Assembly (NCBI RefSeq): GCF_900289195.1
Contig: NZ_OMOH01000005.1
Span: 90,001 to 122,000, forward strand
Length of the DNA: 32,000 nt
Reading direction: 5' to 3'
Source: Propionibacterium ruminifibrarum
GTDB taxonomy: Bacteria > Actinomycetota > Actinomycetes > Propionibacteriales > Propionibacteriaceae
Every line of letters starts with the position of its first letter. Position 1 is the stretch's first letter. This document shows, piece by piece, positions 7,027 to 15,289 of the stretch. A model generated the notes under the pieces. That model did no database searches, was not told where the DNA came from, and saw only the letters and a program-made list of their open reading frames with translations. Made by a program: the position numbers and the translations under genes.

Positions 7027-8423
7027 TAAGGGTCATTAGATGCCATTAGGTGAACATCGATCGGGCGCGCCCTAGCGTCCGCATCGAAAGATGCATTAAC
7101 GACGCGTCGGGCGTTCCTCCGCTGGCGTGCCGTCTTTGCATTTTGATGCATCATGTCGACGATTATCTGATTGATCACGCCTAAGCCTGGCTGGATTGTT
7201 GCAAGTAGGGCAAACAATATCATCATCCCGAGCACCACGAAGACCTGACCTGCCCTCACGAACGGGAAAAAGTACTGACCGCCGAACAGAGTGGAGGCCG
7301 CCACTCCCACATAGATACCGTTAGTGCTGAAAACCGCTGCGAACAGCAGAGCCAAGATCACCGCTGGTATGAAGGCAAAGATCGTCAGAAAGAATGTTTC
7401 GGCGAAGATCATCGCATAGATCTTCGTCTTGGAGAAGCCAATGGCGCGCATGGCACCCAATTCTCCCAGTCGTTGGTGGAGGCTCAGCTTGATGGACGAC
7501 TGCATACCCAAGGCAATGAGTAAGAGGATGAATCCACTAAACACGGCAAAAGTTATCCGGACCAGCTTGGGGGCGTTGTTATAATAATAATTCGCCTCAA
7601 GATAGGACTCGGCGCGGAGCTCCGCACCCGCTTGGGTCAGTTTCGCGTCGAGATCATCGGCAGTTTCCTGCGCTTTGTCCTGATTTGTGAGGAAGATGAG
7701 ATCCGAATCGAAATGGTCCGCAGGAACCGCGTAGAGATCATGGGCCATATCCCCGTCGACAAATCCATAAAAATTGTCAAAGAAGGCACCGTCAGAGTAG
7801 ATGCCGCTGATAGAGAGGGATGTCGTCGTAGTTTCGTTACCATCAGTCTTTGTCACGACATCCACGGTGTCACCGACGCTCACGCCCATGCTGTCAGCCT
7901 TGGATTTGCAGATTGCCAGCTCGTGGGTACCTGCCTGGGGTAGTTCACCCTCGGCCATGGTGATGGACGCGTTGTCCAGCAGGAATTTATCCTGGCCATG
8001 GGCTAAGCCGTAGATGATGAACGAGAGGTCCTGTTTCTCATCCGTCTTCAACGTCGCATTGCGCCGGATGATTGGGAACTCGTGCTCGATGTCTTGTTGG
8101 TGCTCATCGATCCAGATACGTGCTGTGCTCAATGCCTTTTCGTTTCGCTCCTCCTCGTCAGTGTGGTAAGTTAATGTCTTGCTGACGTTAATAAACCTTT
8201 GAGGGGATGTCTTGTCAGTGCTTGCAAGATCATCCCAGAGCATGAGAACATGACCAGCCTGGATGGTCGTGTAGCTCTTGAGCATCTGTGTCTGGGCGCC
8301 ATTGAATGAAAAAAATGTGATCAGGAGGATGAGGGTACAGAGGAAAATTGCGCCGGCAAGAAATGCCGAACGTCTGATGTTTTTGCCGAGGTTTCTGAAT
8401 GCGATCTTCACGAGTACGGGCAT
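7026..8423 (-). CDS. ABC transporter permease, FtsX/MacB-type (permease 2)
   Basis: It has an N-terminal TM helix (FLAGAIFLCTLILLITFF), a ~250-aa extracytoplasmic domain, then three C-terminal TM helices. The FtsX signature region is LGAMRAIGFSKTKIYAMIFAETFFL. A GGGAGG Shine-Dalgarno lies upstream of ATG 8423. Confidence 0.85.
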   Translation of the reverse strand: MPVLVKIAFRNLGKNIRRSAFLAGAIFLCTLILLITFFSFNGAQTQMLKSYTTIQAGHVLMLWDDLASTDKTSPQRFINVSKTLTYHTDEEERNEKALSTARIWIDEHQQDIEHEFPIIRRNATLKTDEKQDLSFIIYGLAHGQDKFLLDNASITMAEGELPQAGTHELAICKSKADSMGVSVGDTVDVVTKTDGNETTTTSLSISGIYSDGAFFDNFYGFVDGDMAHDLYAVPADHFDSDLIFLTNQDKAQETADDLDAKLTQAGAELRAESYLEANYYYNNAPKLVRITFAVFSGFILLLIALGMQSSIKLSLHQRLGELGAMRAIGFSKTKIYAMIFAETFFLTIFAFIPAVILALLFAAVFSTNGIYVGVAASTLFGGQYFFPFVRAGQVFVVLGMMILFALLATIQPGLGVINQIIVDMMHQNAKTARQRRNARRVVNASFDADARARPIDVHLMASNDP

Positions 8424-8439
8424 CTTGGATTCAACCTCC

Positions 8440-9702
8440 CTAGTCTTCGTTCAGCGCTTCGGCGGGATTCCTAGAGGATGCTTGAGCTGATGGTATAAGA
8501 GATGACAAACCAACGATCATCAGGATAACCAGTGTTCCCGGGAGCCCTGCCAACGGGCTGTAGTGAAGGGTGAAGGTACTTCCTATTACGTCATCCGCTG
8601 GCGACCCGACTGCGAACTCGTGAGTTCTCAAGGCTGCACCGATGAGCCAAGCCAAGAGGGCCGCTACTATTGCACCCGCAGCGCCACAAGCGAGAACTTC
8701 AATCAAGAATATCATGATGATCCTTGTCTTGTCATACCCAATTGCGCGCAGTGTCGCGATTTCCTTACTTCGTTCCAACGCGACTCCAGCGACCATATTC
8801 ACGATGAGAATACAGACGATGACCATGAGGATCAGCAAGAAGACGTAGAAGATACCAGTGAACGCCGTGCTGATGCCACTGATGAATCCGCCTTGGGTAG
8901 TCCAATCAGTCACCAAGAATTCGTCGCCAAGTGTTTCGTCAACGTTCCCACGAAGGCTCTTTGCGCTAGCAATGCTATTTCCGAAGGCCATGACCTCGGT
9001 GGCTTCACCTTGAGCCAGCCCCTTGAGCTGTTGTCCGACATTGAAGGAGATATAAGCGAGGTTGTCTTCAAAGCCGGATAGGGACTGGGCGTCACCAATG
9101 CCTACCAAGGTCGCGCGCAAGGTAACCACCGTTCCGTTTATGGCCTCGGCGCTCAGCGTAACGGGATCCCCAGGGGAGACCCCCAGTTTTGAAGCAGTGC
9201 TGCTACTGAGCACAACTTCGTCGTTATGACCCGAACCCAGACCAGACCCAGTTTCGAGTTTTAAATTCTGCAGATAGTGGTCGATTTCCCCCCTGAATCC
9301 AATAGCAACCACTCCAACTTGTTCCCCTCCGTCACGCACGGTCGTCTCGTTGCTCACCTGCCCGACGAGCATGTTGAGTCGGATAACCGGTGTGGCCTCA
9401 ACGTTAGTGAGGCGATCAAACACGTCGAGTGCAGTGTCGACCTGGGTAGAGGTGAAGTGATTGGACGTGCCCCAGTCGGCGCTCATGTCGATGATGGGTG
9501 CCACATCATCAGTGTTGGGCCTGACTTGGACATGGCCAAGCAGGGAATCAGTGATTGCCTCGCTCGTCTTGTTCTGTGCGGTGGACACGAATGCGTTGAG
9601 TAGCAGATAGACTAGGACCGAGACGCCTACGAACATCGCGATCGTGATGGATCTGTTCCTGTTATGCTGCGCATTGCGTAAGGACAGTAGGAAGAATCTC
9701 AC
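8440..9702 (-). CDS. ABC transporter permease, FtsX/MacB-type (permease 1)
   Basis: The topology matches the neighbouring permease, and the FtsX region is IATLRAIGYDKTRIIMIFLIEVLACG. The GTG start at 9702 is preceded by AGGAGA at an 8-nt spacing. Confidence 0.85.
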   Translation of the reverse strand: MRFFLLSLRNAQHNRNRSITIAMFVGVSVLVYLLLNAFVSTAQNKTSEAITDSLLGHVQVRPNTDDVAPIIDMSADWGTSNHFTSTQVDTALDVFDRLTNVEATPVIRLNMLVGQVSNETTVRDGGEQVGVVAIGFRGEIDHYLQNLKLETGSGLGSGHNDEVVLSSSTASKLGVSPGDPVTLSAEAINGTVVTLRATLVGIGDAQSLSGFEDNLAYISFNVGQQLKGLAQGEATEVMAFGNSIASAKSLRGNVDETLGDEFLVTDWTTQGGFISGISTAFTGIFYVFLLILMVIVCILIVNMVAGVALERSKEIATLRAIGYDKTRIIMIFLIEVLACGAAGAIVAALLAWLIGAALRTHEFAVGSPADDVIGSTFTLHYSPLAGLPGTLVILMIVGLSSLIPSAQASSRNPAEALNED

Positions 9703-9726
9703 TTGGTTGTCTCCTAACGAGTGGGG

Positions 9727-10464
9727 TCAGCCGGTGTATTTGCCCGCCGACTCGATCTTGTCAATGATGGAGACGTCTCTGCCCGCGTTGTCGACGATTT
9801 CGATTATTCGGCCATCCTCGAGTCGCACCAGCCGATCAGCACGATTCATAACCTTCGGATCGTGAGTCGAGAAAATGAACGTTGTGTTCTCGTCGCGGCT
9901 GATTTGATGCATCAGGTTAATAACCTCGATGCCAGTATGGCTGTCCAGGTTGGCCGTCGGTTCATCGGCAAGAACGATGCCGGGGCGAGTGGCCAGTGCG
10001 CGCGCTACTGCAACACGTTGACGTTGCCCTCCAGATAGTTCATGAGCCTTGTTACGGCGGCGGTCAGCGAGCCCGACCTTCTCGATAAAGGTGTTTACTC
10101 TCGTACGACGCTCGTCAGCCGACACATCTTTACGGATCAGCAGTGGCAACTCGATGTTCTCGTAGACAGTCAAGGATGATATCAGATTGAACGCTTGGAA
10201 GATGAACCCAATATTATTGAGACGAACCGAATTAAGTCTCTTCTCGCTGAGCTGATCTGTGCGTTGTCCATCGATCACGACCGTACCCTTGTCAGGTCTG
10301 TCGAGACAACCAATAATGTTGAGCAACGTAGACTTGCCGCTACCCGATGACCCGCCCACTGCCAAGAATTCGCCGGTCCGGACGTCTAGACTGACATTGT
10401 CGATAGCCGTGATTACCGTGCTTCCCAGTGCATAGCGCTTGGTCAGGCCGTGTACCGAAATCAT
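9727..10464 (-). CDS. ABC transporter ATP-binding protein (MacB/LolD-like)
   Basis: Walker A is GGSSGSGKSTLLN, the ABC signature is LSGGQRQRVAVARAL, Walker B is IVLADEPTANLD, and the H-loop is STHD. AAGAAGG lies upstream of the ATG. Confidence 0.95.
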   Translation of the reverse strand: MISVHGLTKRYALGSTVITAIDNVSLDVRTGEFLAVGGSSGSGKSTLLNIIGCLDRPDKGTVVIDGQRTDQLSEKRLNSVRLNNIGFIFQAFNLISSLTVYENIELPLLIRKDVSADERRTRVNTFIEKVGLADRRRNKAHELSGGQRQRVAVARALATRPGIVLADEPTANLDSHTGIEVINLMHQISRDENTTFIFSTHDPKVMNRADRLVRLEDGRIIEIVDNAGRDVSIIDKIESAGKYTG

Positions 10465-10533
10465 GCGGGAACCTTCTTAATATGGTAGGGCGGGAAACGA
10501 GATCTGCCTTAGGCAACTCGTCCGGTTGGGCGA

Positions 10534-12801
10534 TCAAGGGTGAAAAAGGTTGAGAGTGTGGGCGGCTCTGTCGAGCAGCATCGTTGCGATTTCCGAGGTG
10601 CGGCGTTTGCGCCAATCTTCCAAGGGAGTTCCCTTGATAAAGTTGTTGAATGCACCCATTGCGGGACCGCATTGGACTTGATAGTCCAGACGCCATTCGC
10701 GATCTCCCGTTAAGGCAGCAGAAGTCGATTTCATAAAGTACCACTTGAACACAGCGGCCATTTCACTTCTGGGGCTTAGTTCATTTTTTGAACCTTTGTG
10801 GGTTAGCACTTCGGCGCGAACGTCGGCAAGAGGCCTCTTGAAGAACTTGTCCTCCAGCTGCTTGATCGTCTCGGCTGGAACCTGGTCGAGGGAATCGTAC
10901 TGACGATAGATCTCATACAGTTTGTTCGCGCGGGTAGCGAAGAAGGTGCCTTTCCGTACCACTTGTATCTGTGCGCCGAGTTCGAACATGTCACCGCTGA
11001 CCGCCAACTTGGTGTCTTGAACAGCTACTCTACTCAAGAGATCCTTGACAGCTTCTGACGTGTCCGCCTCCACTGTGCATTGGTTCACTGAACCGGTGAC
11101 CACATAGTCAGCTCCGAGCAGGAACGCGGCAGCCATGGCTTCAGGTGTACCTATGCCGCCCGCAGCACCTATGAGCATAGACTTCGTGCCGAAGGATTCA
11201 TATTCAGCATCCTTGACATGACGCCGGATAGTGGGTAGCAGCACAGCCATGGCACCCCCGTCGGTGTGTCCACCAGAATCCGCCTCAATGGTGATCGCAT
11301 CAGCCATGGGTACACTAGCGACGAGCTCGGCCTGATCCTGAGTTATGCTGCCTTCTGTAACCAGCTGGTTCACTAACCGCTGCGGGGCAGCCGATGCGAA
11401 CGCCCTTGCCACCTCGGGATGAGAAAGCTTGGCGATAACCCGATGCCCGATGATCGGACGACCGGTCGAGTCCTTGGTCATACCTGTCGCACGGTACCTC
11501 ACCAACGGCGCTGTCATCGACATGAAGGCGGATGCCTCGACAAGGTCGACATCCTCTTGAAGGAGGACATCAACGAAAGCGTTCTCATGATCGGGCATCT
11601 CAGGCGAAGCGATGTAGTTCACCGCGAAGTGTCCTTTGCCGACACGCCGGGTCAATTCGCGCACTGCATCGCGCACAGCGGCAAAGTCCACGCCCCCCGC
11701 TCCGTAGACGCCGAGCATTCCCGCCTCAGCCATAGCGACAGCCATGGCGACTGAGGAGATCCCCTTGTACATCCCTCCCGCCATGCAGGCGTAGCGCAGC
11801 CCAAATTGCTCTCGAAAAGCAGCAGCTCCTAAGTTATCGGATGACCATGCCCGTGTGCCACGCGTCGGTGGCTTTGTTGTGTTGGGATCGGCGGGTCTCT
11901 GTGACCGGTCCTCCACCTCCATCTCCTCAGCAGCAAGCGGGCTGCAGAGTTGCATGATCTTTTTCGTCAAGCCATTGATCGTATTGCCGGGGCCGACTTG
12001 GATGAACTCATCAACCCCTCTAGCCATGAGATATCTAATGGAATCCACCCAGTTCACAGGACTCACGATTTGGCGTGATAGCAACTTTGCGGCACGGGAA
12101 CCCTCGTAGGGGCGAGCCGTGCAGTTCGAGATCACCTCGATGTGACCGTCGCTGAAGCGCACTCTGGCGAGGTCTCGGTCGAAATCTTTCCTTGCATCCT
12201 CCATATACCTGGAGTGAAAAGGGCCACTGACGTTCAGCGGGACACAACAACACCCCTCGACCTCCGCGAAACGCTCAGCGGCACAGGACAGGTCAACACG
12301 TCGTCCCGATAGAATCGTCTGAACGGGCGTGTTGTAATTCGCGACGTCGATCCCAGTTAGGTCAAATTCGGTCAAGTGGGCGACAATTTTATCACGATCA
12401 ATACCCATGACGGCAAGCATGCCCCCATCGGTGACACGCGCCATCAGTGCTCCGCGCTGCTTCACTAACCGGAGCGCACTTTCGAAATCGAGGATCCCCG
12501 AGGCAACCAAGGCATTGTATTCCCCCAGACTGTGCCCGGCTACGAAGTCTGGCACGGCACCAGATTCCACATAATCAAGGTACATGAGGTGGTTGACCAC
12601 GAACAGTGCAGGCTGTGTGAAAGCAGTGTTCCCGAGTTCCTTGCGGGGATCTTCTTCACACAGCATCCTGATCGAATACCCCAAGATCCGATCGGCGACT
12701 TCCACGAGGTCGGGGTGTCGCAGGAACTGTTGGGTTCCCATGGTGACGAATTGGGACCCTTGGCCAGGGAACAAACATGCTTTCACACCGTTGCCAATCA
12801 T
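10534..12801 (-). CDS. Discrete trans-acting acyltransferase fused to an FMN-dependent enoyl reductase (AT-ER didomain, PksE-like)
   Basis: The AT part has FPGQGSQF, AGHSLGEYNAL (Ser codon 12531-12529), LVKQRGALM (malonyl-binding Arg) and SGPFHSRYM. The ER part is a nitronate-monooxygenase/PfaD-like TIM barrel (GGMYKGISSVAMAVAMAEAGMLGVYGAGG, GGIGTPEAMAAAFLLGADYVVTGSVNQ). The ORF is open to TTG 12882. ATG 12801 (MIGNGVKACLFPGQGSQ) gives the family-typical N-terminus, so the start is uncertain. Confidence 0.9.
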   Translation of the reverse strand: MIGNGVKACLFPGQGSQFVTMGTQQFLRHPDLVEVADRILGYSIRMLCEEDPRKELGNTAFTQPALFVVNHLMYLDYVESGAVPDFVAGHSLGEYNALVASGILDFESALRLVKQRGALMARVTDGGMLAVMGIDRDKIVAHLTEFDLTGIDVANYNTPVQTILSGRRVDLSCAAERFAEVEGCCCVPLNVSGPFHSRYMEDARKDFDRDLARVRFSDGHIEVISNCTARPYEGSRAAKLLSRQIVSPVNWVDSIRYLMARGVDEFIQVGPGNTINGLTKKIMQLCSPLAAEEMEVEDRSQRPADPNTTKPPTRGTRAWSSDNLGAAAFREQFGLRYACMAGGMYKGISSVAMAVAMAEAGMLGVYGAGGVDFAAVRDAVRELTRRVGKGHFAVNYIASPEMPDHENAFVDVLLQEDVDLVEASAFMSMTAPLVRYRATGMTKDSTGRPIIGHRVIAKLSHPEVARAFASAAPQRLVNQLVTEGSITQDQAELVASVPMADAITIEADSGGHTDGGAMAVLLPTIRRHVKDAEYESFGTKSMLIGAAGGIGTPEAMAAAFLLGADYVVTGSVNQCTVEADTSEAVKDLLSRVAVQDTKLAVSGDMFELGAQIQVVRKGTFFATRANKLYEIYRQYDSLDQVPAETIKQLEDKFFKRPLADVRAEVLTHKGSKNELSPRSEMAAVFKWYFMKSTSAALTGDREWRLDYQVQCGPAMGAFNNFIKGTPLEDWRKRRTSEIATMLLDRAAHTLNLFHP
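10537..11775 (-). other. trans-ER domain (FMN-binding, PfaD/PksE type) of the AT-ER protein
   Basis: It has Gly-rich FMN-binding TIM-barrel motifs and shows no Rossmann GxGxxG of MDR-type ER domains. Confidence 0.8.
11890..12790 (-). other. AT domain of the AT-ER protein (malonyl-type by motif)
   Basis: The GQGSQ / GHSLGE / RGxxM / xFHS motifs are all present in canonical order. Confidence 0.85.
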
Positions 12802-13232
12802 GAGGAGTACGGTCACTTGACAATCAGCCAATGTCGTCCAACTTGTGTACGCGCTATGGCGATATAACATCTGACCCGTCAATCTTACCCGATGTTAGGG
12901 GTGCTCCTGTCAATGGTGGCTGGAGGGGTGGGATCCCTGAATCGTCCCGGAGTGGCAGGCCACTCCGGGACGATTCAGGGATCCCACCCCTCCAATTGGC
13001 ATCGGCGTCGAAACTAAGCTTGGTGCGAGCTTGGCTCATGCGTCATGATATTGTGCGTTCGACGTGCATATTTAGCGGAACATGTGGTCAGGGTCTCGAC
13101 GGTATGGTAATCACGTATGATCGAACAATTCAGCTGTGTTCTTCTGCTGTCGGGGACGCGCTCGAATGAGCGTCGAGCCTGGAGGCATGGCCTTGCTGTT
13201 TATAGTGTGTGCCTAGGGAATGGAAAGGATAG
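12802..13232. promoter_or_regulatory. Divergent intergenic control region between the accessory (minus) and assembly-line (plus) operons
   Basis: This is the only sizeable non-coding gap inside the cluster. The first genes of both operons face away from it, and it contains the 35-bp-arm palindrome. No convincing -35/-10 pair could be called by eye. Confidence 0.5.
12921..12994. repeat. Perfect palindrome: 35-bp arms separated by 4 nt
   Basis: The left arm is tggaggggtgggatccctgaatcgtcccggagtgg (12921-12955), the spacer is cagg, and the right arm is ccactccgggacgattcagggatcccacccctcca (12960-12994). The right arm is the exact reverse complement of the left, 35/35. The palindrome is flanked by caat...attg. 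Confidence 0.95.
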
Positions 13233-14474
13233 ATGATGCCTGACCGGGTCGGTATCGAATGTCTCAACTTCTATGGCGGTAGTGCCTATGTAGATGTGGA
13301 AGAGTTGTTCGAATACCGCGGGCTGGACAAGTCTCGTTTCGGCAACCTCATGCTGTATCGCAAGTCGGTTGGTATGCCTTGGGAGGACCCGGTTTCGAAT
13401 GCCGTTAATGCTGCAAAACCGATTATCGATTCTCTTTCAGACGAGAAGCGGAACCGGATCGAACTGGTCGTTACGGCAAGCGAGTCCGGACTTGATTTCG
13501 GCAAGTCTATGAGTACATATGTTCACGATTTGCTCGGGCTCAGCCGGAACTGCCGTGCATATGAAATCAAACAGGCATGCTTCGGTGGTACCGCCGCGCT
13601 GGAGGCGGCCAGCACCTTTGTCGCCTCGGGGATGTGTCAAGGGGCGACGGCATTGGTTTTGGCGACCGATGTGGTCTACTCTACTGCTCGTGGAACCTAC
13701 GCTGAGCCCTCTCAGGGCGTGGGTGCAATCGCAATGCTTGTGAGTGACAATCCGGTTGTTTTTGACTTGGATTTCCAGGCCTACGGAAGTTTGTGCTACG
13801 AGGTCATGGACACATGCCGCCCGGTCGACAATGTCGAAACCGGAGATTCGGATTTATCTCTGCTGTCGTACCTAGACTGTCTGGAGAATTCGTACGCTGA
13901 TTACGCCGCTAAGGTTCAGGGTGCTGACTTTGCAACCACCTTCGATTACTTCGCTTTCCACACACCATTCGCGGGCATGGTCAAGGGTGGGCATCGCAAG
14001 ATGATGCGTGATCTCTATGGAATGAAAAGTCGCGACATCGACACTGACTTCCAGAAGCGGGTCGCCCCGTCGCTACGCTTCTGTAGCGATGTTGGCAACG
14101 TCTACTCCGCCACAGCCTACCTCGCACTATCGTCGCTGGTTTCCAATGCCCCGCTTCAAGGCGCGAGTCGCGTGGGGATTTTCTCCTATGGGTCTGGGTG
14201 TTCTTCGAAATTTTTCAGCGGAATCGTCACCCCAGAATCCCATGCTAGCATCTCACAGATGTGCATACAGGACCGTCTGGATTCGCGATATCGCCTGACA
14301 ATGGCGGAATACGATGAAGTGATCGATGCTAATGAATCATGGGGATTTGGAATCCAGAACAAGGATTCTGATTTCACGCTTCCTAGGGACATCTATGATG
14401 AGCAGTTCCGGGGGACCGGCCGCTTGGTGCTCGATCGGATCAGGGGTTTTCACCGTGAGTATCGGTGGGCTTGA
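13233..14474 (+). CDS. HMG-CoA synthase-like beta-branching enzyme (HMGS; PksG/CurD/MupH type)
   Basis: It has EIKQACFGGTAAL with the catalytic Cys (codon 13578-13580), FAFHTPFAGMVKG (catalytic His region) and SYGSGCSS near the C-terminus. AAAGGA lies upstream of the tandem ATG ATG. Confidence 0.9.
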   Translation: MMPDRVGIECLNFYGGSAYVDVEELFEYRGLDKSRFGNLMLYRKSVGMPWEDPVSNAVNAAKPIIDSLSDEKRNRIELVVTASESGLDFGKSMSTYVHDLLGLSRNCRAYEIKQACFGGTAALEAASTFVASGMCQGATALVLATDVVYSTARGTYAEPSQGVGAIAMLVSDNPVVFDLDFQAYGSLCYEVMDTCRPVDNVETGDSDLSLLSYLDCLENSYADYAAKVQGADFATTFDYFAFHTPFAGMVKGGHRKMMRDLYGMKSRDIDTDFQKRVAPSLRFCSDVGNVYSATAYLALSSLVSNAPLQGASRVGIFSYGSGCSSKFFSGIVTPESHASISQMCIQDRLDSRYRLTMAEYDEVIDANESWGFGIQNKDSDFTLPRDIYDEQFRGTGRLVLDRIRGFHREYRWA

Positions 14475-15268
14475 CGATGGGCTTAGAAAGCGAATTCACC
14501 ACCCTTGATCTCGTCGTTGTCGGCGACATCGCTACCGTAACGCTCGACAGGCCAGAGCATCGCAACAGTTTTAATTTTACGCTGCTTTCGGAGGTGCATC
14601 GTGCACTCGACCTGATCGAGGCGGACGGGCGCATGCGGGCATTGGTGTTGCGTGGTAACGAATCACACTTCTGCACGGGAATGGATTTTCAAGCCTATTC
14701 ATTGGCAGGTTCGAACGCGGCAGGTGGTGAGCGGGGCACTCGGGAATACATGAAGTTGCTACGCCGCCTTTCCATGTTTCCAAAGATCGTCGTCAGCGCT
14801 GTTGAGGGTTTGACGCTAGCTGGTGGCGTGGGTCTGGTAGCAGCTAGCGACTTGGTGGTGGCTTCGACCCGTGCTTCCTTCGGCTTGCCTGAGGTGATGT
14901 GGGGGCTGCTCCCATCGATGGTGCTTCCCCATCTGATCTGGAAGGTCGGGCACCAATCGGCCCGCCGCATGACGATGCTTGGGGGTACCATCTCCGCGCA
15001 GGAGGCGGCGGGAATGGGGCTCGTGGATCAATGTGTTACCCCTGAGCGAATCGATTCGGCGCTGTCTTCGCTGATGATCCGTGTGCGACGCATTCATCCA
15101 CCTGTCGTGGGTGTGATGAAGGAGTATTTCCGAACCCTGTCAGGAATCACTGACAAGGTCGAGGAGGCGGCGGTCTCCATGACCTTCGAATTGGCAAGTA
15201 GGGAAGACGTACGTCAGAACATCGATGGTTACCTGCGGTCCGGTAGGTTGCCTTGGTTAGCCAACTGA
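14465..15268 (+). CDS. Free-standing enoyl-CoA hydratase/crotonase-family protein (ECH1-type dehydratase of the HMGS cassette)
   Basis: It shows the crotonase fold: VTLDRPEHRNSFN, FCTGMDF, and VEGLTLAGGVGLVAASDLVVAS (the oxyanion-hole Gly region). GTG 14465 overlaps the HMGS stop. ATG 14477, 3 nt after that stop, is an equally good start. Confidence 0.85.
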   Translation: MGLTMGLESEFTTLDLVVVGDIATVTLDRPEHRNSFNFTLLSEVHRALDLIEADGRMRALVLRGNESHFCTGMDFQAYSLAGSNAAGGERGTREYMKLLRRLSMFPKIVVSAVEGLTLAGGVGLVAASDLVVASTRASFGLPEVMWGLLPSMVLPHLIWKVGHQSARRMTMLGGTISAQEAAGMGLVDQCVTPERIDSALSSLMIRVRRIHPPVVGVMKEYFRTLSGITDKVEEAAVSMTFELASREDVRQNIDGYLRSGRLPWLAN

Positions 15269-15289
15269 GTCGTTCGTGACGAGGAGTAT

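Noticed and set aside
10340-10744. ORF 10340-10744 (-, 134 aa) bridging the AT-ER 3' end and the ABC ATPase 5' end.
   Set aside because: It is out of frame with both strongly supported genes it overlaps and has no recognisable motifs.
12802-12882. N-terminal extension of the AT-ER ORF from TTG 12882 or ATG 12870 (MTGQMLYRHSAYTSWTTLADCQVTVLL...).
   Set aside because: The extension has no AT homology, and discrete ATs normally start a few residues before the GQGSQ strand. It is kept only as an alternative start, since no candidate has a convincing Shine-Dalgarno.
12831-13169. ORFs 12831-13169 (+, 112 aa) and 12854-13039 (-, 61 aa), which share the peptide GIPESSRSG.PLRDDSGIPPLQ.
   Set aside because: The shared peptide is a direct by-product of translating both arms of the 35-bp palindrome. 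The region is the divergent intergenic space, with no RBS or family resemblance.
13193-13205. TATAGT hexamer (13200-13205) 28 nt upstream of the HMGS start, as a possible -10 box; TTGCTG at 13193-13198.
   Set aside because: No -35-like element lies at a 16-18-bp spacing, and the TTGCTG is only 1 nt away. A single hexamer match in 430 bp is not evidence.
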